A stretch of 64,000 nucleotides of DNA from an uncultured Flavobacteriales bacterium (GCA_903825395.1 CAIKAF010000004.1:5728-69727); one strand, 5' to 3'; shown: positions 30,713 through 42,080, counted from the first letter of the stretch. Numbers and translations: made by a program. The notes: generated by a model from the sequence alone, not told the origin.

Positions 30713-30858
30713 GGAATCGTTGAATTTGTAATTTTACCGCGCAAAGGGGAACTGCTTTTGAAAAACCAAACGTGGTTCCCAAGAGGCAAAATAACAAAAA
30801 AGCATGCAATGCCGACAGAGAATCTAGGGTTAAGCCTTCAAAATGTTCGAAAGAAGCC

Positions 30859-31788
30859 ATGTTGATTGCGTGGGTACGCCGGCAACGGGAATGGAACTTT
30901 ATGCTTTCGGCTTTCATTGCCGTGGTTTTGTCCTTATTGAATTCGGCGGCCATCCCCATTCACATCCCGGGTTTAGAGGGGATTGTTGAAAAGCTTGTGT
31001 TTGGCGTGGGGATATGGCTGTTGGCTCAGGGGTATCATGCTGTATTGACGCGTATAAACTTGTTTGAGGCCACCAGTCAGTTTCCGGTGGTATTGATGGT
31101 ATTGTTGTTGTCTGCCTTCCCGGGAGCTCCTATGGATTGGCTGTTTTTGGGGAGTACGGCTTTGTGGATATGTGTGTTGTACAATGTATTGCGTGCTCCG
31201 GGGGAGGTTCGGAGCCATGCTGCAGTTTTCAATGCCGGTTTTTTTGCCGGCAGCCTGATTTTGCTTGTTCCGGCCTACTTTTATTTTATCCTTTTTGTGT
31301 GGTTGTATTTGGGATTGAGTGGGCCGTACAGTTTCAGGCAAGGAGTAATTACAGGCCTTGGGTATGTATTGCCACCGCTGTATTTTATTTGTTTTGATTA
31401 CATTTTATTTGGGGGTGTTGGTTCCTCCTTGTGGTTGCGTTCGGGTCTGGCTCCCTATTCGGGCCTGGTTTCCTTTTCAGTGGTACTGGGAGTGGTATTG
31501 GGTATTTGGTTGCTGTTGGTAATGGGCTGGACGCTGGCTTCGGTTCGTCAAAATGCTGGTCTTAAAAAACATCAGCGCCAGGTGTTACAGCTATCCTATC
31601 TTCATTTATTGTCGTTGATGCCCTTGGTATTTTGGTTGCCGAATTCTGAAGTGCGGATTTTATCGATTGGGGCCTTCAGTTTGGCAGTAATTGGGTCGTT
31701 TTATTTCATGATTGGGCCGGTAAATCGGGCGAAGGATGTTTTGTTTTGGCTTTTGCTGGGGTTTAGTGTTGTGGTGGTTTGGTTGTAG
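30859..31788 (+). CDS. Multi-pass membrane protein (DUF6427-like)
   Basis: About 9 hydrophobic segments; FNAGF motif; start chosen at ATG 30859. Confidence 0.65.
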   Translation: MLIAWVRRQREWNFMLSAFIAVVLSLLNSAAIPIHIPGLEGIVEKLVFGVGIWLLAQGYHAVLTRINLFEATSQFPVVLMVLLLSAFPGAPMDWLFLGSTALWICVLYNVLRAPGEVRSHAAVFNAGFFAGSLILLVPAYFYFILFVWLYLGLSGPYSFRQGVITGLGYVLPPLYFICFDYILFGGVGSSLWLRSGLAPYSGLVSFSVVLGVVLGIWLLLVMGWTLASVRQNAGLKKHQRQVLQLSYLHLLSLMPLVFWLPNSEVRILSIGAFSLAVIGSFYFMIGPVNRAKDVLFWLLLGFSVVVVWL

Positions 31789-31842
31789 AGCCAAGGCATG
31801 CCTTGGCTGTACGGGGTGAGCCAAGGCATGCCTTGGCTCTAC
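31785..31842. repeat. GTAG-type REP doublet
   Basis: GTAGAGCCAAGGCATGCCTTGGCTGTAC-GGG-GTGAGCCAAGGCATGCCTTGGCTCTAC. Confidence 0.82.
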
Positions 31843-31859
31843 GCAACGGGGGGAATAAT

Positions 31860-31948
<89 letters not shown>

Positions 31949-32014
31949 AAAAATAAAATAGCTTCAGGGACTGAAACGGGAGGCGAAAATACAAAAAAAG
32001 CGACAGGATTGGGT

Positions 32015-33046
32015 TTACTCACTGAATTCCCCTGCCAGGTTTTGCTTCATTACTTCGGCCATCCCTAATCTTGTTTTGGTCCTGCCCAAGGCATGCATGC
32101 ACTTTACCATGGCAGATTCAAATGTTAAATCTTTACCGTTGAACACGCCCATTTCCATCATTGCCATCCCTGTTTTATACTTTCCGGGCGCCAAACTTCC
32201 GTGCCAGCACTGACTGATTTGCATAACGAAAATATCTTTGTTCATCCAATCCGAGAGGGTATTCAACAACTCGGTATCAAAAGGGGCATTTCCAAATCCA
32301 AAGGTTTCAAGGACAACCGCACGAACGCCATCGGCAGGCTTAATGGATTGGAGCATCTTCGCAGAAATGCCCGGGAAAAGGCGGAGGGGCATAACGGATG
32401 GATCCATGTTTGGGTAAAATGAAAGCTGGTCTTGTTTCGGAATCCACAAAGCAGACGTATTGAATTGAATGTCTACACCGGCCTCGGCCAAAACAGGATA
32501 ATTTGGAGATACATAGGCATGAAAATGCTCGGTGCTGTATTTTCGGATTCGATTGCCTCTGAATAATTTGTATTCAAAATAAACAGCGACCTCTTGCAGC
32601 AGGGGCTTCCCGTTCCGTTGTGCGGCTGCGACTTCAATAGCAGACAGCACATTTTCCTTCCCGTCGGTCCGAATTTTCCCAATGGGCAATTGGCTTCCTG
32701 TTAAAATTACAGGTTTTTTCAGCCCCTGAAGCATAAAGCTAAGGGCTGAAGCAGTGTAGGCCATGGTATCGGTTCCGTGCAGCAAGACAAACCCATCGAC
32801 ATAATCATGCGTGGCCGCAATGTGAGCGGCGATAGCGGCCCAATCGTCCGGTCGCATGTCTGAACTGTCTTTGGGTTCGGCCACCGATACCACCTCAATA
32901 TCCACATCTAAGCGACTTAATTCCGGAATGTGCGTATTCAGGTGTGCAAAATCAATGGGATGCAATCCACCTCTATTTGGCATTTCAATGCTACCGATGG
33001 TTCCGCCGGTATAAATTAGATGAATCAATGGTCGGTTTTCGGACAT
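32015..33046 (-). CDS. ansA: Type I L-asparaginase
   Basis: IYTGGTIG, HGTDTMAY, LTGSQLP, LETFGFGNAP; start ATG 33046 preferred. Confidence 0.9.
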   Translation of the reverse strand: MSENRPLIHLIYTGGTIGSIEMPNRGGLHPIDFAHLNTHIPELSRLDVDIEVVSVAEPKDSSDMRPDDWAAIAAHIAATHDYVDGFVLLHGTDTMAYTASALSFMLQGLKKPVILTGSQLPIGKIRTDGKENVLSAIEVAAAQRNGKPLLQEVAVYFEYKLFRGNRIRKYSTEHFHAYVSPNYPVLAEAGVDIQFNTSALWIPKQDQLSFYPNMDPSVMPLRLFPGISAKMLQSIKPADGVRAVVLETFGFGNAPFDTELLNTLSDWMNKDIFVMQISQCWHGSLAPGKYKTGMAMMEMGVFNGKDLTFESAMVKCMHALGRTKTRLGMAEVMKQNLAGEFSE

Positions 33047-33112
33047 TTTTGAGGAGTTTTTTAGTTGCTTCAATCTGGGTTATTGAGTCGAAAAAGCCTG
33101 GGATTATAGGGT

Positions 33113-33892
33113 CTAATTCTGCAATTTGGGGTACACGGTCAATGCATTTTGAAACGTAGTTTCAATGACGCGTTGCGGATGGCAACGGCAGGCTTGAGCG
33201 ATGGTATGCACGACCTCGGTTAACCAAGAAGGTTCATTCCGTTTGCCTCGGTGTGGAACAGGTGGCAGGTATGGACTATCGGTTTCTAAAACCACCCTGT
33301 TCAATCCGACTTTAGCTAAGACCTCGCGCAGTTCCGTTTGCTTGTAGGTCACTACCCCTCCAATACCGATGTACATGTCTAAATCAAACACCTGAACTGC
33401 CTCAGAATAATTCCCAGTAAAACAATGAAAAACCCCTCCGGCGGGTGGTCTTAGCCTCTGTAAAGATGCCACCGTTTCCGCATGTGCATTTCGGGTGTGC
33501 AAGCATACTGGCAAATCCATTTCGGCGGCCTTAATTAATTGCCAATCCAGAGCGTCTTGTTGCCGACTGAGGGAGGTTTTATCCCAATATAAATCCAAAC
33601 CAATTTCGCCAATGGCGACCCAATTGACCTGATTTGAATGCTGCCAAATGGCATTTAGCTGCTCTTGCCAGTTTTCCTCTACCGAGCATGGGTGCAAGCC
33701 CAGCATACCGAAGCACCACTTGGGTTCCGATGACACATATTTTTGCACCTCGGGCAAGGTATCAACATCCACGTTTGGGAGAATGGTTGCGACGACTCCT
33801 TGGTCTTTTGCTCGTTGGCGCATCTCTGCCCAATCCTCCTTAAAACGGGCATCATTTAAATGTGCATGGGTATCAATAATACCGAGATTCAT
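33113..33892 (-). CDS. tatD: TatD family hydrolase
   Basis: IDTHAH, GLHP, AIGEIGLD, FHCF, LETDSPYL. Confidence 0.94.
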   Translation of the reverse strand: MNLGIIDTHAHLNDARFKEDWAEMRQRAKDQGVVATILPNVDVDTLPEVQKYVSSEPKWCFGMLGLHPCSVEENWQEQLNAIWQHSNQVNWVAIGEIGLDLYWDKTSLSRQQDALDWQLIKAAEMDLPVCLHTRNAHAETVASLQRLRPPAGGVFHCFTGNYSEAVQVFDLDMYIGIGGVVTYKQTELREVLAKVGLNRVVLETDSPYLPPVPHRGKRNEPSWLTEVVHTIAQACRCHPQRVIETTFQNALTVYPKLQN

Positions 33893-34089
33893 GCTCCAAA
33901 CCTACGCAGAAAACCGGCATTGAAGCCGAGTCTTGGCCGGAATTTGTTAAAAGTCCTGAAAAACAATCCTGTTGTGTATATTTGTAGTCTGTTTCAAAAA
34001 CTCCGGCCTATAGAACACCTATATCCCACCAAACAGTTGTATTTCTTCCCTTTGGGGAATTTTTTAGACGTATAGGATATTTTTGCCGG

Positions 34090-34683
34090 ATGATTACCCA
34101 TTTGAACGGTTCCTTTGTAGAAGTTACACCTACCCATGCTGTGGTTGAATGCCAAGGCGTGGGCTATCAGGTATTTATTTCATTGCAGACCTATGACATC
34201 ATTCAGTCTTGGAAGCAAGGGAAGCTGTTGGTTCATCAAATAATTCGCGAGGATGCGCACCAATTGTTCGGTTTTGCGGAAGAGCGTGAGCGTGACATGT
34301 TTCGGTTGTTGATTGGTGTTTCAGGGGTAGGCGCGACGACGGCTCGCATGATCCTTTCCGCTAGTTCTGTGGCCGATTTGCAACGAATAATATTAACGGA
34401 GGATGTAGGTTCTTTGAAGCGAATCAAAGGCATAGGAGCCAAGTCGGCCGAACGCATCATTGTAGATTTAAAAGACAAGGTGGGAAAGGTGCAGGCCTTT
34501 GATGCCGTTTCAGTGGGTGGCGGGCAGAATGGAGGGGCGGTTCGTCAAGAGGCCACCTTGGCCTTGCTGGCCCTTGGTTTTACTCGACCTGTGATTGAAA
34601 AAGCCTTGGATCGGGTATCAAAGGAATTGGAGGGCGGGGAACCCGTAGAGGCTTGGATTCGAAAAGCATTAAATTATTTGTAG
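34090..34683 (+). CDS. ruvA: Holliday junction branch migration protein RuvA
   Basis: GVGY, IREDA..LFGF, VSGVGA, KGIGAKSAERIIVDLKDK. Confidence 0.96.
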   Translation: MITHLNGSFVEVTPTHAVVECQGVGYQVFISLQTYDIIQSWKQGKLLVHQIIREDAHQLFGFAEERERDMFRLLIGVSGVGATTARMILSASSVADLQRIILTEDVGSLKRIKGIGAKSAERIIVDLKDKVGKVQAFDAVSVGGGQNGGAVRQEATLALLALGFTRPVIEKALDRVSKELEGGEPVEAWIRKALNYL

Positions 34684-37600
34684 TTGTACAAAGGGTGAGG
34701 TTGTTCTGTGCACATACCAAATGGTTTAAGCAAAAGGCGCTTCAGGCCTGCCTTATGTTTGCTTTTGTCGTATTTACATCAACAGCTCTGGCTCAGGTGG
34801 ATACAAATAACCATCGGTTTATGGGCGGGGTTGGTGCCACCGAAGAAGAAGTTTCGTACGATCCGGATTTAAAGCAATATCTAATTGTAAAAAAGATTGG
34901 AGGGGCTGAGATTTCGAGGCAATATTTATCGGAAAAGGAATACCGCACCCGTCAATCTGCCCGTGAAATCATGGATTATTGGAAGAAAAAAGAGAAGGAA
35001 AAATCCTCGGGCAAAGAAAGCAATTCCCTGATTCCAAAAATAAATTTGGCCAACATCCCGGCTGGACTTGGGAAAATTGATATTCGGGCCACGGGCTCAG
35101 CGGAATTGATTATGGGGATTCGAGTAAACACGAATCAGAACCCAAGCATTCCACTGGCGCAACGCACCATTACCACCTTCCAGTTTGACCAGAACATTCA
35201 GGTGAATGTTACGGGGTCCATTGGAGACAAAATCAAGTTGGGAACGAATTTCAATACGGAGGCCGTATTTGCTTTTGAAAACCAGTTGGATTTAAAGTAC
35301 GAAGGCGGTGAGGATGATATTCTTCAGCTTCTTGAATTTGGCAATGTCAACATGGGATTGACCGGTCAGCTTATTCAAGGCTCCTCCTCCTTGTTTGGGG
35401 TGAAAAACAAATTAAAATTTGGACGATGGGAAATTACCAGCGTATTTAGTCAGCAGCAAGGTCAGCGCCAAAACATCACCGTTCAGGGTGGAGCTCAGGT
35501 AACAGAATTTGATTTGCCGGCAGCAAAATATGAAGCCAACCGGCACTATTTTTTGGGTGATTACTTTAAAAACAACTACGACCAAGCCAATCAAACCTTA
35601 CCCTACATAACCTCGCCCGTAAATATTACGCGCATTGAAGTTTGGGTAACCAACCGCATAAATGCCACTGAAAATATTCGGAATGTAGTGGCCATTTTAC
35701 CTTTGGGAGAGAACCTTCCCAATCCTTCCGGTTACCCTTCAAATGGAGTCAATGGTTTCGACCCTGCAGGCTTGGCTCCCCAGGTGCGTGATATCACCTC
35801 GCAATACTTGTTCAACCAACTGAACAATGGGACTCAGATTGAGAAACTTACTAATGCCCGCCTGCTTGCCCAAAATGAATACACCTTTCACCCCCTACTT
35901 GGCTACATTTCCCTAAACCAGGCTCTGAATGCGGATGAAGTTTTGGCCGTATCGTACGAATTTACGGCAGGGGGACAGACCTACAAAGTGGGGGAATTCT
36001 CTCAGGATTTATCTAGCCCCTCCGCTCTGGTAGTTAAGTTATTAAAATCTTCCAATCTCGACATCAATGAGGCCAACTGGCCCTGGATGATGAAAAACAT
36101 ATATTCCATCGGAGGATTTAATATCGGCCAACAGGACTTCACCTTAAATATATTGTATCAAGATACAGAAACCGGGGTCAAAGTAAACTACTTTCCAAAT
36201 GCGCCCGGAGTGAGTGGTACACCTCTGCTTCAGTTGTTTAATTTGGACCGGCTGAATCCACAAGGCGACCAACAAAAAGATGGGTTTTTTGACTTTTTAG
36301 AGGGCAAAACCATTATCGCTCAAAATGGGCGGATTATTTTCCCTGTTGCTGAGCCTTTTTCAACCCGATATTTGGCTCAGATATTTACCAAAGCCAATCA
36401 ATCCAATCCCGGCATAGATATTCAAGCGATGACGGAACGCTATGCCTTTGATCAGTTGTACGAAAATATTCAGGAGCTGGCCGAATTAAACCAAGAGAAA
36501 AACAGGTTTTATTTGGGAGGCAGCTATAAAGGTGCCAGTGGATCGGAGATTAGCCTGAATGCCTTTAACGTTCCACAAGGTTCGGTTACCGTTACCGCGG
36601 GGGGGCAAACCCTTCTTGAAAACACCCATTATACGGTGGATTATGCCATTGGCCGGGTTCGTATCATCGATGATGGCATTTTAAGTTCTGGACTTCCCAT
36701 CAACATCTCGATGGAGAACAATGCCACATTCAACATACAGCAGAAGCGGCTGATGGGCACCCACGTAGATTACAAACTCAGTAAAAATTTAGTTGCCGGG
36801 GCCACCATCATGAATTTGAGTGAGCTGCCCTTAACCCAAAAAATTGACATTGGAAATGAGCCGGTGAACAACACCATTTGGGGTGTGGATCTAAACTTCA
36901 GCCGAGAATTGCCCTTTGTTACCCGTCTAGTAGATAAAATTCCGGGGATAGACACCAAGGCCCCCTCCTTGTTGACCTTCAATGGTGAATTTGCCCATTT
37001 GATTCCTGGATTTAATGGGGTGATTGATGCCAATGGGGAGAACGGGGTTTCTTACATTGATGACTTTGAGGCGGCGGAAACGGCCATTGAGATTAAAAGC
37101 CCGCTTCAGTGGAAAATTGGCTCGGTTCCTCAAGACAATCCCGCCTTTCCAAACGGTGGATTTTTCGATGATTTGCGGTATGGGTTTAATCGGGCCAAAC
37201 TGACCTGGTTCACCTTAGACCCGCTTTTCTTCCGGCAAAACACCCAAACTCCGGCCAACGTTTCCAATGACCCTTTGATGCGCGCCAACAACTACCTGCG
37301 TGAGGTGCGCCCGATGGAGGTTTTTCCGGGGTTTCAACCCAATTATACTCAGCAACAAATCAATCAGCAAGTATTTGATATCCATTTTTACCCGGGAGAA
37401 AGGGGCCCATATAATTTTGACATCAATAATTTTGATGAAAGCATTTCGGACCGGATTGCCTTAAAAAATCTCAAATCCAACTTTGGTTTGTTGATGCGGC
37501 GGATGGAAACCACCAACTGGGATGCCGCCAATATTGCCTACATTGAATTTTGGATGATGGACCCCTACCAAGCCAATGACTTGAATCAATTAAAGGAATG

Positions 37601-40600
37601 GGATGTGGGTACTCCTGGAGCCACCAACAGAAACTTATTGCCTGGGGGCGGCGGAGATTTGCTGCTTCAAGTGGGTAATTTGAATGAAGATTTTTTGCGC
37701 GATGGTCGCATGAGTTACGAAAATGGTCTCCCCACGCCTGAGGAGTCCAGACCAACCATTGAAACCGCTTGGGGTAAAATTCCATTGCTACAACCCATAA
37801 ATCAGAACTTTGACAATTTACCCGCCAACCGTGACCTTCAAGATGTAGGTTACGATGGGTTGAATGACCAAGAGGAAGGCAGTTTTTTTCAGGCCTTTAT
37901 GAACGATGTGGAGCTTAAATTTGCAGGAAATCCGTCGGCGCTGCAGGATTTAAGAGATGACCCGGCGGGTGACAACTTCAGGCATTATGCCGGATTAAGC
38001 TACGACAACAGCACCAACATTCCCGGAGAGAACTACATTCACAACCGATACAAGCATTTTCTTGGCCCCGACGGGAATAGTCCGGCAGAAAACAACACCG
38101 AGGCCTATGGTGTAGTTCCGAATAGCGAGGACATTAATGTCAACTATACCTTAGACCAACCTGAAAGTTATTATCAATACCGCATTAGTCTAAGGCAAAA
38201 TGACCTGGACGATATCGGAGAAAACTTTATTACAGACATTTTAAATACCACCGTTTCGGTACCTGGACCTTCTGGCGGCACCATCAATAAACCGGTGAAG
38301 TGGATTCAGTTCCGAGTACCCATTTATGCGGAACAACGGGAACGCTTTGGCAACATCTCAGATTTCCGTTCCATTCGTTTTATGCGAATGGCCTTGAAGG
38401 AATTTGATGACGATGTGTTTTTGCGCATGGCCACCATGCAATTGGTTCGCTCCGACTGGCGGGTATTTCAGGGCCTAATTGCCGATGTAGCCGATATTTG
38501 GCAGGAAGGTGCTGACTTCAACTCTACCACGGTAAATATTGAAGAAAATACACAAAAGGCTCCATTCCCCTATGTACTGCCTCCGGGCATTACCCGAGAA
38601 ATTGATCCAGCAAACCCCCAGCTTCAGCAACTGAATGAACAGTCGTTGGTGCTGAACGCCTGCGACCTTAAAGATGGGGAAGGAAAGGCCGTCTTCAAAA
38701 ACTCGGAACTGGATTTAAGGGCATATAGATATGTACGTATGAATACTCACTTGGAGTCGCGCGACAACTCCATTTTAGATAGCAACGACGTATCGATTTT
38801 TGTTCGCTTGGGAATGGACGCCTCAGAAAATTATTATGAGTACGAAATTCCTTTAAAGCCCTCGGACGTTTCCATTCAGCCGAATGCTGCCAGCGGAGAC
38901 CCCAACAAAGACTTTGCCTATCGGGAAAACGTATGGCCTGCCGATAATTTGGTGAGCATTGAGCTAAAGCTATTGGCCGATTTGAAACTGCGGAGGAATA
39001 CTGAAGGGGAAAACCCCAATTTAATTTACAGCGATCTGATTGATGGGGCCCGCATTTCGGTTCGAGGAAATCCAAACTTAGCCAATGTTCGAACCATTTT
39101 AATTGGAGTAAGAAACCCCTCCAAGAAAAATAACCCTTGGCAAACAGGGCAACCACAGCCGGACGATGGAATGGCGAAATGCGTTCAAGTTTGGGTGAAT
39201 GAACTTCGTGCCACCGACTACTTTGAATCGGGAGGTTGGGCCGCACTGGCTCGCACTACACTTGATCTATCAGATTTTGGTCAAGTTGGCCTTTCTGTCG
39301 GTACCACTCGTTTTGGTTTTGGTTCTATCGAACAACGGCCTCAAGACAGAAGCCGCGAAAACACCACCAATCTGGATTTAACCACCAAATTTGAATTGGG
39401 CAAGTTTTTTGGAAAAGAGGCCGGGGTAAGTATTCCCGTATTTTTCGGGTATTCAGGCAGCATTGCCAGTCCTCAATTTAATCCCTTAGATCCAGACATT
39501 CTGTTCACCGATGCCCTTGGAGCCTTACCCACTGATTTTTCACGTGACTCCCTGAGCCGTTTGGTGGAAGAAGTAACCGACCGAAAAAGTTTCAACATCA
39601 ACAATATGCGAAAGCAGAGGGGGAAAGATGCTGGCAAACCAAAGCTGTATGATATATCCAACTTCTCGGCCTCCTATTCTTATACCGAGGAATTGTTTCG
39701 CGATACCAAAACAGAATTCAACAACACCTTTCAGCACAAAGCCAGCCTAACCTATGGATTTAGCCCCACCGTAACCTATTGGGAACCCTTTAAACGGAGT
39801 AAAAAACTCAAATCGCCCTGGTTGAAATTTGTTAAAGATTTCAATTTAAGTTTCATGCCCAAACGGCTTGGCTTTAGTGCAAATGTACTTCGAGACTGGA
39901 ATGAGTTTAAGCTTAGAAACACGACCCGTTACGATTTATTGATTGAAACTACCTATCGGAAAAACTTTACTTGGACACGCAATTATGAGTTCCAATACAA
40001 TCCAACCCGAGCCCTAACATTAACCTTCTCTGCCACCAACAATTCCAGAATTGATGAGCCCGAAATGCCCTTAGATAGCCTTGTGCGCCCTCGTACCTCA
40101 TTCTTAGGTCGCAATACCCGTTATACGCATCGTTTTGACGCCAACTATTCCGTTCCAATCAATAAATTTCCGTGGTTTGATTGGGTAAATGTAACCGCCG
40201 GATATGGTGGTGATTTCTCTTGGACGGCGAGCAATCTAGAGCAAACTCCTCAGTCCGGACAATTCACATTGGGCCGCTGGGGGAATGTGGTGCAAAACAA
40301 TCAAACCTTAAAATTGAATGGGCAATTCAATATGAATACCCTGTACCGGAAATCAGACTATTTGAAAAAACTTCACGCTACTCCACAGAAGAACAAAGAA
40401 AAAGATGACGAGCCCATCACCGATTCCAGCAAAGTCAAAATCAAAATCGTTAGCTGGAAATCTCCAAAACCTTTGTCGTTTAAAAAGGATAGGAAGCGTA
40501 CCATCAAGCATCAGTTAAAAACCGAAGATGTAGAAGTGGTCGTGCTGGCACAGAACGGCGACACGGTTAAAGGGAAAGTCGAAGTGGTAGATGACCGTCG

Positions 40601-42080
40601 GATTCGCTTCATAGCTGCCTCTGATGCCAGTGGTGCTGCAGTTTCTATAACAGGAAAACGCATTCGGAAAAAAATGGATTGGGGTGTCATTCCCAACACC
40701 TTAGTAAAAGTGGCCACCGGATTTAAAAACATTTCCGTTAGCTATACCCAAACCAATGGAACTGTACTGCCTGGATACGCTGCAGGTACTGATTTGCTGG
40801 GAATGAATTTGGGCGGAGCCTCCATCGGACCTGATTTTGCTTTCGGGCGGCAATACGACGACCAAGATTTACAAAACAAAATTGTGCAGGACGCCTGGTT
40901 GGTTCGGGATTCTACTCTGAACCAAATGTTTATGCGTACCCATTCCTCAACGCTGAGCGGGAATGCCACCTATGAGCCATTCCGAGGATTCCGAATAACC
41001 TTCAATGCCGACCGCACCTATTCAGAAAACTACCAAACGAACTATCGGTATGTGCCCAGTGAAAACGACTTCCGAACCCAAAACCCCTTGACAATGGGTA
41101 ATTTTAGCATGTCGTACATGACCTTGGGTTCCTTCTTTGATGGCTTAGGGCCTAATTTCAGTTCGCCCACCTTCGACCGCATGCTTCAACACCGCAGTAT
41201 ACTTTCTAAACGGCTTGCCGAACAAAACCCAAACAGCAATGTAAATCCGAACGCCATCTATCAACTTGGGTTTGGAGGCAACCAAACCGATGTATTGTAT
41301 TATTCATTTATTAGTGCATATACCGGCGTTGATGCAGAAGCACAGTCGTTAAACATGTTCCCTCAAATTCCCATTCCCAATTGGAGATTGCAGTTTGATG
41401 GATTGAAAAACATACCGTTTTTCGCAGACCGATTCAAAAACATTGTACTAACGCACAGCTACAAATCGACCTTGGGCGTATCGGGATTCCAATCCAACAA
41501 CGTTTACAACAACTTGAGTTCCGCCTATTGGCAATCCAATCCATTTGGCTACAGTGAATTTGGGGCAGATGGCAACTACATCAGCCGTTTCTTCTTGAAT
41601 TCCGTTAGCATTCAAGAGCAGTTCCAGCCCCTCATCAAGGTTGACATGACCTTCAAAAACGAAGTTCAAACAGCCGTTGAAGTAAAAAGCAGCCGAAATG
41701 TTAGCCTAAACTTCCCGAACAATCAGGTAACCGAAACCAACTCGTTCGAGGTTAGCGTAGGCGCCGGCTACAAAGTGGCCAAGTTTAAATTGCCTTTCCT
41801 CATTAACGGAAGGCGCTTAGAAAATGGATTTAATGTACGGGCAGATATTGGCTGGCGCGACAATTCTACCATCATCCGTAAAATCCAAGAAGAAGTACAG
41901 CAAATCACCGCTGGTCAACAACAAATCACCATCAAGATTTTCGCGGAATACGAACTGAGCAAATCCATCACCGCTCGGGCATTTGTAGACCATATGGGTA
42001 CAAATCCATTCGTATCAAATCAGTTTCCGAACAGCACCACCAACGGGGGCATTAGCGTACGCTTTACCTTGCAGCCATAA
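34653..42080 (+). CDS. sprA: T9SS outer-membrane translocon SprA/Sov (true start probably 34695-34755)
   Basis: About 2450 aa; FDQNIQVNVTGSIGDK, YEANRHYFL, SYIDDFE, DFRSIRFMRM, VWVNELR; ruvA-sprA synteny. Confidence 0.93.
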   Translation: MDSKSIKLFVVVQRVRLFCAHTKWFKQKALQACLMFAFVVFTSTALAQVDTNNHRFMGGVGATEEEVSYDPDLKQYLIVKKIGGAEISRQYLSEKEYRTRQSAREIMDYWKKKEKEKSSGKESNSLIPKINLANIPAGLGKIDIRATGSAELIMGIRVNTNQNPSIPLAQRTITTFQFDQNIQVNVTGSIGDKIKLGTNFNTEAVFAFENQLDLKYEGGEDDILQLLEFGNVNMGLTGQLIQGSSSLFGVKNKLKFGRWEITSVFSQQQGQRQNITVQGGAQVTEFDLPAAKYEANRHYFLGDYFKNNYDQANQTLPYITSPVNITRIEVWVTNRINATENIRNVVAILPLGENLPNPSGYPSNGVNGFDPAGLAPQVRDITSQYLFNQLNNGTQIEKLTNARLLAQNEYTFHPLLGYISLNQALNADEVLAVSYEFTAGGQTYKVGEFSQDLSSPSALVVKLLKSSNLDINEANWPWMMKNIYSIGGFNIGQQDFTLNILYQDTETGVKVNYFPNAPGVSGTPLLQLFNLDRLNPQGDQQKDGFFDFLEGKTIIAQNGRIIFPVAEPFSTRYLAQIFTKANQSNPGIDIQAMTERYAFDQLYENIQELAELNQEKNRFYLGGSYKGASGSEISLNAFNVPQGSVTVTAGGQTLLENTHYTVDYAIGRVRIIDDGILSSGLPINISMENNATFNIQQKRLMGTHVDYKLSKNLVAGATIMNLSELPLTQKIDIGNEPVNNTIWGVDLNFSRELPFVTRLVDKIPGIDTKAPSLLTFNGEFAHLIPGFNGVIDANGENGVSYIDDFEAAETAIEIKSPLQWKIGSVPQDNPAFPNGGFFDDLRYGFNRAKLTWFTLDPLFFRQNTQTPANVSNDPLMRANNYLREVRPMEVFPGFQPNYTQQQINQQVFDIHFYPGERGPYNFDINNFDESISDRIALKNLKSNFGLLMRRMETTNWDAANIAYIEFWMMDPYQANDLNQLKEWDVGTPGATNRNLLPGGGGDLLLQVGNLNEDFLRDGRMSYENGLPTPEESRPTIETAWGKIPLLQPINQNFDNLPANRDLQDVGYDGLNDQEEGSFFQAFMNDVELKFAGNPSALQDLRDDPAGDNFRHYAGLSYDNSTNIPGENYIHNRYKHFLGPDGNSPAENNTEAYGVVPNSEDINVNYTLDQPESYYQYRISLRQNDLDDIGENFITDILNTTVSVPGPSGGTINKPVKWIQFRVPIYAEQRERFGNISDFRSIRFMRMALKEFDDDVFLRMATMQLVRSDWRVFQGLIADVADIWQEGADFNSTTVNIEENTQKAPFPYVLPPGITREIDPANPQLQQLNEQSLVLNACDLKDGEGKAVFKNSELDLRAYRYVRMNTHLESRDNSILDSNDVSIFVRLGMDASENYYEYEIPLKPSDVSIQPNAASGDPNKDFAYRENVWPADNLVSIELKLLADLKLRRNTEGENPNLIYSDLIDGARISVRGNPNLANVRTILIGVRNPSKKNNPWQTGQPQPDDGMAKCVQVWVNELRATDYFESGGWAALARTTLDLSDFGQVGLSVGTTRFGFGSIEQRPQDRSRENTTNLDLTTKFELGKFFGKEAGVSIPVFFGYSGSIASPQFNPLDPDILFTDALGALPTDFSRDSLSRLVEEVTDRKSFNINNMRKQRGKDAGKPKLYDISNFSASYSYTEELFRDTKTEFNNTFQHKASLTYGFSPTVTYWEPFKRSKKLKSPWLKFVKDFNLSFMPKRLGFSANVLRDWNEFKLRNTTRYDLLIETTYRKNFTWTRNYEFQYNPTRALTLTFSATNNSRIDEPEMPLDSLVRPRTSFLGRNTRYTHRFDANYSVPINKFPWFDWVNVTAGYGGDFSWTASNLEQTPQSGQFTLGRWGNVVQNNQTLKLNGQFNMNTLYRKSDYLKKLHATPQKNKEKDDEPITDSSKVKIKIVSWKSPKPLSFKKDRKRTIKHQLKTEDVEVVVLAQNGDTVKGKVEVVDDRRIRFIAASDASGAAVSITGKRIRKKMDWGVIPNTLVKVATGFKNISVSYTQTNGTVLPGYAAGTDLLGMNLGGASIGPDFAFGRQYDDQDLQNKIVQDAWLVRDSTLNQMFMRTHSSTLSGNATYEPFRGFRITFNADRTYSENYQTNYRYVPSENDFRTQNPLTMGNFSMSYMTLGSFFDGLGPNFSSPTFDRMLQHRSILSKRLAEQNPNSNVNPNAIYQLGFGGNQTDVLYYSFISAYTGVDAEAQSLNMFPQIPIPNWRLQFDGLKNIPFFADRFKNIVLTHSYKSTLGVSGFQSNNVYNNLSSAYWQSNPFGYSEFGADGNYISRFFLNSVSIQEQFQPLIKVDMTFKNEVQTAVEVKSSRNVSLNFPNNQVTETNSFEVSVGAGYKVAKFKLPFLINGRRLENGFNVRADIGWRDNSTIIRKIQEEVQQITAGQQQITIKIFAEYELSKSITARAFVDHMGTNPFVSNQFPNSTTNGGISVRFTLQP

